DNA of 63,424 bases, filler included, from Octopus bimaculoides (taxonomy: Eukaryota): NCBI RefSeq assembly GCF_001194135.2. It is 9 parts of 9 records of this genome, joined end to end, with 100 filler letters (N's around TTAATTAATTAA, not from the genome) between each part and the next. Parts side by side here need not be neighbours in the genome. Positions count along the whole stretch, not along the records: positions 52,968 to 59,431 come from NC_068985.1; positions 59,532 to 61,418 come from NC_068981.1; positions 61,519 to 63,424 come from NW_026348821.1; 6 more parts are not named here. One strand, written 5' to 3'. A program made the position numbers and the translations under genes. This document shows, piece by piece, positions 53,239-63,424 of the stretch (position 1 is the stretch's first letter; every line of letters begins with the position of its first letter). The notes beneath the pieces were generated by a model, which saw only the letters and a list, made by a program, of their open reading frames with translations, had not been told where the DNA came from and did not search any database.

Positions 53239-53432
53239 TTGTGTGACTGTGTTTGTCCCCCAACATCGCTTGACAACCGATGCTGGTGTGTTTACGTCCC
53301 CGTAACTTAGCGGTTCGGCAAAAGAGACCTGTACAATAACTACTAGGCTTACAAAGAATAAGTCCTGGGGTCGAATTGCTCGACAAAAGGCGGTGCTCCA
53401 GCATGGCCGCAGTCAAATGACTGAAAAAGTAA
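53019..53432 (+). mobile_element. Full-length SINE family A (tRNA head, CORE-like block, internal microsatellite)
   Basis: ggcgcaggagtgggtgtgtggtaag (A box), ggttcagtccc (B-box-like), accttgggcaagtgtcttc; 3' gctccagcatggccgcagtcaaatgactgaaa. Confidence 0.9.
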
Positions 53433-53495
53433 AATGGTAAAGAGAGAGATTAAAAAGTATAATAATGATAATAATGATAATAAAAATGACATACC

Positions 53496-53657
53496 TTAGG
53501 AATGAGAACCCAGGTTCGAAATTTCCCCGAGACACCTGATGAAACCTGGATGGTATTTCAGCCTTAACGTTGTGTTAACAACAAACAAGATGAGGAACAA
53601 TATCCGTGGAATGTAAAGAATGTACATAATTTCTCATCTCTTAAATATAGAACTGTA
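53496..53657 (+). mobile_element. Penelope-like pLTR fragment with a broken hammerhead-like core
   Basis: cCTGATGAaacctggatggtatttcagccTTAACgttg; homologous to 34384-34554. Confidence 0.55.
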
Positions 53658-53799
53658 ATATAATTCTATCTATTTGTAAATTATTACATACATTGTATCA
53701 CAGAAATATATAAACACCCACTAATATATTACTTAATATATCTTAATTCCATCACCGCTTTCACTTCTTTTTTACAACGTATAAGGATCATCGACTTGC

Positions 53800-55920
53800 C
53801 TTGCTCCCCAGAACCATAAAAGACTGAATACATTTGAAAAGATACTGGTGAAATATTCGCATAAACTGTACATTTACATATTTTACACTCGCAGCTTTAA
53901 TATATCCACTCATTTTGAAACTATTCAACAATTTCCACATGATCTTTGCACAAAATATGTGATATTATCTTGATTGATATTAATATTTATAAATGTTTAA
54001 ACTAGAAGTCATAGTAGTAACTACCGTGTTTAAACCTAAAATGACATAAATTTATATCTTCAAATTCATAAATGATTTCTATCTGTGTTTTTGTAGATTT
54101 TACATAAATAGAGACTTTTACATTCGAAAATATATCTGTGCGAAGTTTCTATAAAACTGTGGTTGATTAAGAATCCTGAACTGAAAGGTAAGTTCTTTTA
54201 TATGCATACACACAGCAAAACAAAAATAGATATGAACACAGGTATTCACATAATCGTACTCTGGCGCGGACTTATTAATGACCTTCTAACAATAGAAATC
54301 AAAAACTACAAATTCACTCACTTAATTCTGGGATTGTTAGTTCTTAATTCATTAAATTCTTCATTTCCGAAATATTTTAACTTGAAGGTATATGAAATCC
54401 GTTCATTATGTTTATTTTGGCAAATATAGTAAAAACATAACAGCTGAGGACTAAAATATTCTTACCAGCATTTTTATATTACATTTTATTTTATTTTATT
54501 TAATGTAGTTCATTATTCGTAATTTATTTGCATCTAAGTTTACTTGAAATGTTAATTATATGAAACAAGATGTTTCGATAGTTTGAGTTCCAGTTAGATA
54601 TAGAAATCGAATAAATGGGTATACACTATTGCTTCCATTAACTGCAGCTTTTTGCCTAGAGAAAAGCAATCAAAGTTCTCTAAAGATAACTAATCTTGAA
54701 CCATAATTCTTCAATATCTAGAATACGTTATGAATCAGTTTTTCATTGAATAATATATACACATCAATGGGCAATTCAATTTTAATTTAAAAGTTCGAAA
54801 TTACATAAAGCAACGGAAAGACTAGAGTAAAGTTACGAATTTACCATATTAAAATCTTCTCATAAAGAAAATTGATATTCCGTCAGTTTTGTTAAAATGT
54901 AGAAGCAGAAAGCTATTTCTGAAACTGTCTCTTATAAAACTGTCCAAAGGGAGTAATACATTGTTTAGGAAATAAAATGCCTAGCATTCTTTTATGATTT
55001 CTGGAACATTCTTCTGTGTGACGCATATCGTCTTTATTCTGTTTAATACTGTGTCAACTAATTGTCGACTTGCAAGTAAAAATAATCAACCTGCTTGACC
55101 TATATTACGAACCAATTCTTGCAGACAATATTCTAGCAATGCATTAATCATTGAGTCTTTAATCTATTTAATCTGAGTATTTCAAACAAGCAACTAACTG
55201 AAATTACTTCATTCGCTGGCCTTTCTTGATTTGTATCTGTCGACATTTCGCAAATTTGACAGGACAAAGAGGCTGGGAAATTAAAATACATCTGCATGCG
55301 AATCACACATATTCGTTTAGAGAAAATATTTAATGTGTATTTCAAGTTTAACTATCTCATTGATTAAAGAGACACTTACACTTCTAGAAGGACATAATTT
55401 TATTAGTCTTTCCCAAAGATATATCAGGTAATAAAACTTTCAATTCATGGAACATGACAAATCTAAATTTCAGATTATTGGGATACTATTTCGTGATAAT
55501 AAAACAATATTTATAACTGATATAACAAAATAATTTTCAGAGTACTATATTCTGAATACCTCTCTATTCAATTAAATTTCTTTCTCGTCTATGTGTTCCA
55601 TTGATTAATAGAAACTTCATTTCATGTTATACTCATGATTATTATTGTATTGACGTGCCACAGGTATGTGTAGGAATGTGCGTTGGAGATAGGGGTTGCA
55701 CAAAATATTTGGATTGATCCCAACAAATATATAATGAATATTCATTGCGGCCAATGAGATATTTATGCAGACAAATTCTGCAAATATTAGACAACATTCT
55801 TTCTGTATATGTTGATGATTGAAAAATGATTATAGATTTTTAGGAATAATATTCTTCCCACTCATCTGATAAATAAAAACCTAGTGCTATTCATGCCTGC
55901 GATTTGACCCAATAGACAAA
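53800..55920 (+). pseudogene. Possible intronless TLR-like pseudogene (LRRs, TM, TIR start)
   Basis: In order: IETFTFENI; CFDSLSS; VKIINLLDLYYEPI; NLSISNKQLTEITSFAGLS*FVSVDISQI; SFHVILMIIIVLTCHRY (TM); YVDD...AIHACDLTQ (compare IH.RDF.PG). Many stops and frameshifts. Confidence 0.45.
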
Positions 55921-55955
55921 AAATGGGCGGTTTTTATTCATTTGCCCACGTTCAA

Positions 55956-56491
55956 CTTTGAGTTTAAGTGAAAACTTGTGGTTCAGTCATCTTGACTGCT
56001 ATATTTAGAATGCTGGTACTGCCTGTTAGTACCCTTAATTATTAATTGGTAATTTTTTACCTTTATGAGTTTTTGTACACACAATAAATCATTGGTATTA
56101 TTATAAACAATAATATCCTCATATATATTTTAATAATTTTTCTTCACTTCGGTCACATTTTAAAATTTGCTGCGGCATTAAAAACGCTCATCGCACGCAT
56201 TGGTTGAGATGAATAAACTCTATAGTCCTCGAGTCATTGAGACACGCTGACGATGAACTAAGAGTATTTCTCAATATTCGAAATCATAGTGATACAGGTA
56301 TGGGTGACGTTTTTAATTTACGAATATTTTCGTAATTGGTATGGGTTCTTGGAACATTTATTTATTTTCCCGCTTTCACCTTTGTGTTTAAGTGGAAACT
56401 TATGGTTTGGTAATTTTAACTGCTATATTTAGCACGCTGGTACTGCCTGTTAGTACCCTTAATTATACACAGGTAATTGTTTACCTTTATG
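55956..56491 (+). mobile_element. Penelope-like unit: about 112-bp direct repeats around a hammerhead-like core
   Basis: Repeats at 55956-56067 and 56380-56491; CUGACGA at 56247, GAAA at 56280, stem AUCA-uag-UGAU, AUA triplet. Confidence 0.55.
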
Positions 56492-56587
56492 GTTTCTTTT
56501 TTACTCATGATGAACTACTGATATCATGATAAACGATAATATCCACATATATGTATATGTGTATATCTATATCTATATCTATATCTA

Positions 56588-56662
<75 letters not shown>

Positions 56663-57319
56663 ATATATNNNNNNNNNNNNNNNNNNNNNNNNNNNNNNNN
56701 NNNNNNNNNNNNNNNNNNNNNNNNNNNNNNNNNNNNNNNNNNNNNNNNNNNNNNNNNNNNNNNNNNNNNNNNNNNNNNNNNNNNNNNNNNNNNNNNNNNN
56801 NNNNNNNNNNNNNNNNNNNNNNNNNNNNNNNNNNNNNNNNNNNNNNNNNNNNNNNNNNNNNNNNNNNNNNNNNNNNNNNNNNNNNNNNNNNNNNNNNNNN
56901 NNNNNNNNNNNNNNNNNNNNNNNNNNNNNNNNNNNNNNNNNNNNNNNNNNNNNNNNNNNNNNNNNNNNNNNNNNNNNNNNNNNNNNNNNNNNNNNNNNNN
57001 NNNNNNNNNNNNNNNNNNNNNNNNNNNNNNNNNNNNNNNNNNNNNNNNNNNNNNNNNNNNNNNNNATATATATATATATATACATATAGACATATATATA
57101 AAATATGTGGGTTTAATTCACAGGTGATATAAACGACTAGGTACGTTAGGTAAGTGTTGTAGCGTGTTACTAGGACTTCATGTTTATAGCCGAGACGATA
57201 GTTATGGAGTGATTGAAGATTTCCGATATAGCGAATATATAATTGTTAAGGAGGACAACAGACCTTAAGTCAAGGCAAAGATCTCAAGTCATATACACTA
57301 TTATTATTAGAAAAAATAC

Positions 57320-57380
57320 AAAATCTTACAGCTGTTTCTGAGATATCCCAGATTATGGGATATTCCGTCATGAGGTTTAA
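57320..57380 (-). ncRNA. Degenerate minimal hammerhead motif
   Basis: Minus strand CUCAUGA (G5 replaced by C), stem AUAUCCC/GGGAUAU, GAAAC-AGCU-GUA. Confidence 0.55.
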
Positions 57381-57462
57381 AAAGGGAAAATGAGAAGGAT
57401 ATAGATAAATGAAATGACGTCATAGAGGACAGGAGAGAATGAATAAGGGATGAAGAAAGTGA

Positions 57463-59098
57463 AGAAAAAGCGGCATAAAAGTTCACAGTTCAACTTTCCG
57501 ATTGTGTAGAATGAAGTCCGAGAATCCTTAGGTGCAATCGTGTGTAAATCCAGGTAGCCTAAAGTCCTGACAGTGTAAATGTCCAGAAAAAGACGTGAAC
57601 ATATCAGCGTTCAATAACAGAATGGTAGCAGTGGTGGCTATCAAGTGGTAAAAGGAAAGAAAAATTAATGAATAAAAAGAGAGATAGAGAGAGTGTGGGA
57701 GGAAGTTAAGAACTGGCGTCAAAGACAAAATGATGTATATGAAAATTTAGTGTCTAAGATTATAGTGTATAAAAGTAAAGAAGAAGATAAATAAGAGCAA
57801 ATAAGGAGAGAGGAGGTAAAGTAAGACAATGAAAAAAGAACAAAATAAACAAAAAAGAAAAATGAAAGGAATTCAAAGAAAATAGTAGGTTTCAGTGGAA
57901 TTCTTCTAGTCTATAGGGTTTGGGTAGGAGTGCCTGTGAAATCTTATATCCCGGCTCTAAGACCTTATTTCCATATACGCCAGCTTAATTTTATTCGTCC
58001 TTAATCGAAAGATATCTGTTGTTATGTCCCGTTATTATTCCTACTGTATTTGTGTAACATTGTTCGTTTATTCCGTCCTTGTTTTGTATACATTCGCTGC
58101 TTTCTTCCAAGGAATATAATGCTCTTAGCTTAGTTTTGCCCTAGGGCTGGCCAGATTGGAGCAATATCGAGAATAACCAGCCGCAATTGCAAGGATAATC
58201 TGGATCTCGACTGAAGAAAGAAAATTCTGAATGACCTGTCCTTGTTTTCTTTGTATCGTCTATCTGGATGTTTTGTCCCTTTCTTGTATCACCTAACTGT
58301 CTGGATGTTTTGTGTTCCTGCCCCATTCTGTATTATATATATATACATATATAGGGCAGGGAATTGTCAATTAATTAATAAATTACTAATTAACAATTTT
58401 GCCAAGTAGTTCAGTATGCAAAAAACCTTTATCGGTAAAACATTTATAATTTTAAGCATAATATACTAAAAATTTAGAAATAGCAGTTAAAACTACCAAT
58501 TTTAACTACAATTAAGTCACCAACGGATAGCGATATTCATGGCTCACATAGAATAAAAGAGGTAAAATAAACAAAACAAACCTGCCATTAGTTAATCATG
58601 TACGATGTTTCGTGTTTAGAATTTTATAAAAATTCATTTCACTCTTCAGCATGATATTCTAAATTATAAATCTGAAAATGCTAATAAACTCATGTACATT
58701 TGACCATACGGCATCAAATATCACATAGGTGTCAGGTACTACGATTTCTTTTTTGCATCTGTCAGCTTCCATAAGACTGAAACATTTTTAGCTTTGTTCG
58801 TGTTTTGTGGTTATTTGAAGTATTTTTCCTTGCTTCTGAAGTAGGTATTTTTGTAGTCGTATGGTAGTATATATATATATATATACTCGGAGTAGATGGA
58901 TCAGAAAAAGCGGCATAAAAGTTCACAGTTCAACTTTCCGATTGTGTAGAATGAAGTCCGAGAATCCTTAGGTGCAATCGTGTGTAAATCCAGGTAGCCT
59001 AAAGTCCTGACAGTGTAAATGTCCAGAAAAAGACGTGAACATATCAGCGTTCAATAACAGAATGGTAGCAGTGGTGGCTATCAAGTGGTAAAAGGAAA
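57463..59098. repeat. Perfect 196-bp direct repeat (57463-57658, 58903-59098) enclosing Penelope-like sequence
   Basis: Identical by line-to-line comparison, offset 1440 bp. Confidence 0.9.
57880..58860 (-). mobile_element. Penelope-like element fragment (GIY-YIG C-terminal remnant)
   Basis: Minus 58600-58850 gives LWKLTDAKRN (compare HIW.LKD..RNY) and further degenerate GIY-YIG C-terminal residues. Confidence 0.5.
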
Positions 59099-59382
59099 TA
59101 AAAATTAGTGAAATATTCTTTATGTTGCATATCTGTGAAATATTCTTTATGTTGCATATCTCGTTTCTCTTTTCTTTTCGTTCTTCGAAAAAAGTTCGTT
59201 TTCTGTCTTCGTCTTTATGTTTTCGTTTCTCATTGTGTTTAACGTTTTTTGTGATGTCCTGTAGCCATATATGCATGTATGTATACATATAGATGTTGCT
59301 ATACTCTTTTACTCTTTTACTTCTTTCAGTCATTTGACTGTGGCCATGCTGGATATATGCATATATTTATATATTTTCATGT

Positions 59383-59414
<32 letters not shown>

Positions 59415-60090
59415 CACATATGTATATATATNNNNNNNNNNNNNNNNNNNNNNNNNNNNNNNNNNNNNNNNNNNNTTAATTAATTAANNNNNNNNNNNNN
59501 NNNNNNNNNNNNNNNNNNNNNNNNNNNNNNNCACACACACACACACACACACCATTTACATGTATAAATGTATTTTTTCCCAAATATCCTTTGATATATG
59601 TTAGTGTCTTTTATCTTTTACATGCTTCAGTCATTAGACTGTGGCCTTGACGAGTTTTAGTTGAGCAAATCAATCCCAGTACTTGTTTTTTTTTAGAGCC
59701 TGGTACTTATTCTATTAGCTTCTTTCACCGGGAGAAACACAGACATAAAGACCCATGCACATACATGCACACACACACACACAAAATGTCCAGAATGGGC
59801 TTACAATCATGAGGTTGTGAATTCAATTCCTGGACTAGGTTCTGTGTTATGTTCTTGAGCAAGTCTCTTTATTTCATGTTGCTGAGTTCACTTACCTAGA
59901 GAAATGAGTGGAGATGTCACTGGTGCTGAGCTATATTGGTGGTTGCCTTTCCTTTGGACCATATTTATGGCATGGAGGCTGGTATTCATGGGTGACTTCT
60001 GGTCTCCCCTAAACAACCTTTCCTAGACTTGTGCTCCAGAAGGGAACTTTCTAGGTATAATCCCATGGTCACTTGTTACCAAAGGAGGTC

Positions 60091-60141
<51 letters not shown>

Positions 60142-60282
60142 TTCAACTATTTTCTTTTAGCTTCAGTATCAAAGTCTTCTTTTGAAGCTTAGATGAAGCC
60201 CATACAAATATTCAGCTATTGATTACAAACCGAAATATTGCATGTGCATTAACATATTAATTTATGGTGTCTAAGGCTCAAA

Positions 60283-60625
60283 CCACATTAATTAGAGACC
60301 ATATCCTTAATGTGATCTTGCATGCCTGGACACTGCATACAAAATTGTTTTTAGTTGGGAGTTGAGTTGTCCTCACAATGGTCACTGTTTATGCGAAGGA
60401 GTGCACGGTTGAGCCATGACTATTAATTCCCAACCACATCAGCAACCGAACGCCACGTGACCCAACCACGTTAGTTAGAGACTGTGTCCTTAATGTGACC
60501 TTGCATACCCTGACGCAACATGCAGACAGAATTGTTTTCGTTTGGGACCTGAGTTGTCCCCACAATGGTTGCATGCTGTATACGTGAAAGAGTGCATGGT
60601 TGAGCCATGACTATTGATTCTAAAC
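60283..60625. repeat. Two diverged copies of an about 155-bp unit
   Basis: ccacattaattagagacc...ttgagccatgactatt and ccacgttagttagagact...ttgagccatgactatt. Confidence 0.7.
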
Positions 60626-60734
60626 CAAAATATCGCATGACAGTGTTGTTTTCAAGTGCTTCCTTGCCAGTACCTTCCCCCTTACCACATCATTTATTTC
60701 ATGTAGATTTCTCTCATGTGGTACTGTTAAGCAT

Positions 60735-60960
60735 GCCCATCATCATCATCATCATCATCGTTTCACGTCCGCTTTCCATGTTAGCATGGGTTGGACGATT
60801 TGACTGAGGACTGGCAAGCCAGAAGGCTGCACCAGGCTCAAATCTGATTTGGCAGAGTTTCTACAGCTGGATGCCCTTCCTAACGCCAACCACTCTGAGA
60901 GTGTAGTGGGTGCTTTTATGTGCCACTGGCCTGAGGGCCAGTCGCATGGTACTGGCAATG
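60735..60960 (-). mobile_element. RTE-type 3' end or RTE-dependent SINE with a (GAT)n tail
   Basis: (catcat)n-cgtttcacgtccgctttccatg...gtttctacagctggatgcccttcctaacgccaacc. Confidence 0.7.
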
Positions 60961-61285
60961 CACAGGCTAAGAATGTTATGGAGTATCAAGGCATTTGCCC
61001 ACAGGCTTAATTTATCACATAGATGTAGTTCTTATGTCTGCTGATCATTCAGTGTGGTAGCGGCAGAGCCAACAGGCACAAAGAAGAGTATATCAAGTGA
61101 GAACTTTTTGGTGCATTCAGAAATCACATATCCCCCACTCACTTTTCCATGACAAAATTAGAGCCTGGAATCTAGTCGAATTAGCACTTCGTTTCTTCCA
61201 CAAATGTTTTATCGTCAATGTTGCACTTCCCCATATCACATGTTTCGATTTAACTGTGCCGTGTATACAAACTATGTCATTTAAA

Positions 61286-61314
61286 TCCCAAGCAACGCCG
61301 GGTATGTCTGCTAG
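61286..61314 (+). mobile_element. Helitron 3' terminus
   Basis: cccaagcaacgccgggtatgtctgCTAG|T, homologous to 33008-33036. Confidence 0.7.
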
Positions 61315-61369
61315 TAAATTATATTATACACATGTGTGTGTGTGTGTGTATATATATATATGATTCATA

Positions 61370-61418
<49 letters not shown>

Positions 61419-61807
61419 NNNNNNNNNNNNNNNNNNNNNNNNNNNNNNNNNNNNNNNNNNNNTTAATTAATTAANNNNNNNNNNNNNNNNNNNNNNNNNN
61501 NNNNNNNNNNNNNNNNNNACACACACACACACACACACACACACACTACTGTATCGATTAGATATATATACATGTATTCAATAAATATACACATATGCAT
61601 TTACACACACACACACACACATGAATACAAGAACACTGGATCAGTTTGCACACACGCGGGTGTGTGTGTATACATATATGGCTATATGTCGTTGTGTGTG
61701 TGTACACATATCCATATACACAAATACATACAAACACACACAACACAAGTATACAGGTGTACAAACATACACCGGAAACGCGAGTATAGCATACAGTAAG
61801 TTGCAGC

Positions 61808-61885
<78 letters not shown>

Positions 61886-61923
61886 CATACATACATAGAG
61901 AGTGAGAAAGGAGAAATCGATGA

Positions 61924-62028
61924 AGATAGATATGGCCGGTCCACGGGGTTACCCCGGGTATCACATACAGCGCTTAGATTTATGGATGTGACACCCAGGG
62001 TAACCCTATAGACCGGCCATATCTATCT
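61924..62028. repeat. 105-bp hairpin (about 43-bp arms)
   Basis: agatagatatggccggtc...ggttaccccgggtatcacat / atgtgacacccagggtaaccc...gaccggccatatctatct. Confidence 0.85.
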
Positions 62029-62328
62029 CCAAATAATCCACTGCTCTATAACTTAGAGACGCCTTCTTTTCCGGATTTATCACTTACTGACGATATATAT
62101 ATATATATATCAGAATGTGTGTATGTTTGTATGTATTATATACACAAAATTATATTCATATACACGCATACATAAGTATATATACGCGTGTATATATGTT
62201 TTATATATGCGTGTATACCTAGCTATTAATTACTTTTCAAAAGCAATAGGGAAAACGACGGATGTACATCTTCGTTATACAAACACAATGCAACATGAAC
62301 CTTCGAAGATTCGGCGATATACACACAT

Positions 62329-62369
<41 letters not shown>

Positions 62370-62927
62370 GTGTGTGTGTGTAAGTGTGTTTACGCCTTTA
62401 TTTATTTCTCTGGTATGTGTATATATGTAAGGTTCATGCGCGCATGTATCNNNNNNNNNNNNNNNNNNNNNNNNNNNNNNNNNNNNNNNNNNNNNNNNNN
62501 NNNNNNNNNNNNNNNNNNNNNNNNNNNNNNNNNNNNNNNNNNNNNNNNNNNNNNNNNNNNNNNNNNNNNNNNNNNNNNNNNNNNNNNNNNNNNNNNNNNN
62601 NNNNNNNNNNNNNNNNNNNNNNNNNNNNNNNNNNNNNNNNNNNNNNNNNNNNNNNNNNNNNNNNNNNNNNNNNNNNNNNNNNNNNNNNNNNNNNNNNNNN
62701 NNNNNNNNNNNNNNNNNNNNNNNNNNNNNNNNNNNNNNNNNNNNNNNNNNNNNNNNNNNNNNNNNNNNNNNNNNNNNNNNNNNNNNNNNNNNNNNNNNNN
62801 NNNNNNNNNNNNNNNNNNNNNNNNNNNNNNNNNNNNNNNNNNNNNNNNNNNNNNNNNNNNNNNNNNNNNNNNNNNNAGAACACCTTTCTATATAAACATG
62901 TACACATATGCAAATGTATACATACAT

Positions 62928-62972
<45 letters not shown>

Positions 62973-63381
62973 TATATACACATATATATACACATATATA
63001 TATATATAAATATATATACATATATATATATATATATAAATATATATAACACCAACCGCGGTGTAGGTATCTGTGTATGTGTGTGCGCGCCCGTTTTATG
63101 CCACTGTGTTCACTGCACAGCCGACACGCAGAAGAGAAAACCTCATATTGAAGCGAGTCGGCTAAGTTTAAGCGCGGTGAAATTTTGTTTACAAACCAGA
63201 AGCATTTATAAACCTCAACATATCAAATTAAAACAACACACACACATACATACACACCATAGTTACGGAAATTTCATAATAAACAACAAACAGATTAAAA
63301 AGAATATTCTTAGCACGCCGGCAAAAATTACCCTCGTATAAATTAACATTGTATCTAAGTAACAGAGCGTGTTTGCTTGTA

Positions 63382-63424
<43 letters not shown>

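Noticed and set aside
58205-58260. CTGAAGA-stem-GAAT...GTC motif
   Set aside because: A15.1 is missing and stems I and III do not pair.

Overview
AT-rich, repeat-dense animal genomic DNA with many N gaps. The SINE, RTE, R4/Dong and Penelope repertoire plus the TTAATTAATTAA gap pads suggest an octopus draft assembly (inference). Most ORF-track entries are microsatellite or N-run artefacts. Supported coding content is small: (i) a multi-exon plus-strand gene of unknown function, best exons 34041-34189 and 36640-36745; (ii) a frameshifted ankyrin-repeat exon on the minus strand (about 31190-31483); (iii) fragments of RTE, R4/Dong, CR1-like, Penelope, Helitron, Chapaev and Tigger proteins. Two further patterns stand out. 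Several Penelope-type minimal hammerhead ribozyme cores are present, one nearly intact at 39381-39470. Many AT-rich 'unique' stretches translate on the plus strand into decayed LRR, TM and TIR-like fragments, possibly the remains of a Toll-like-receptor gene cluster; this is tentative and needs a profile search. No rRNA, true tRNA, CRISPR or prokaryote-type system was seen, and I cannot confidently claim a new biological system. Family assignments come from recognised motifs, not database searches.
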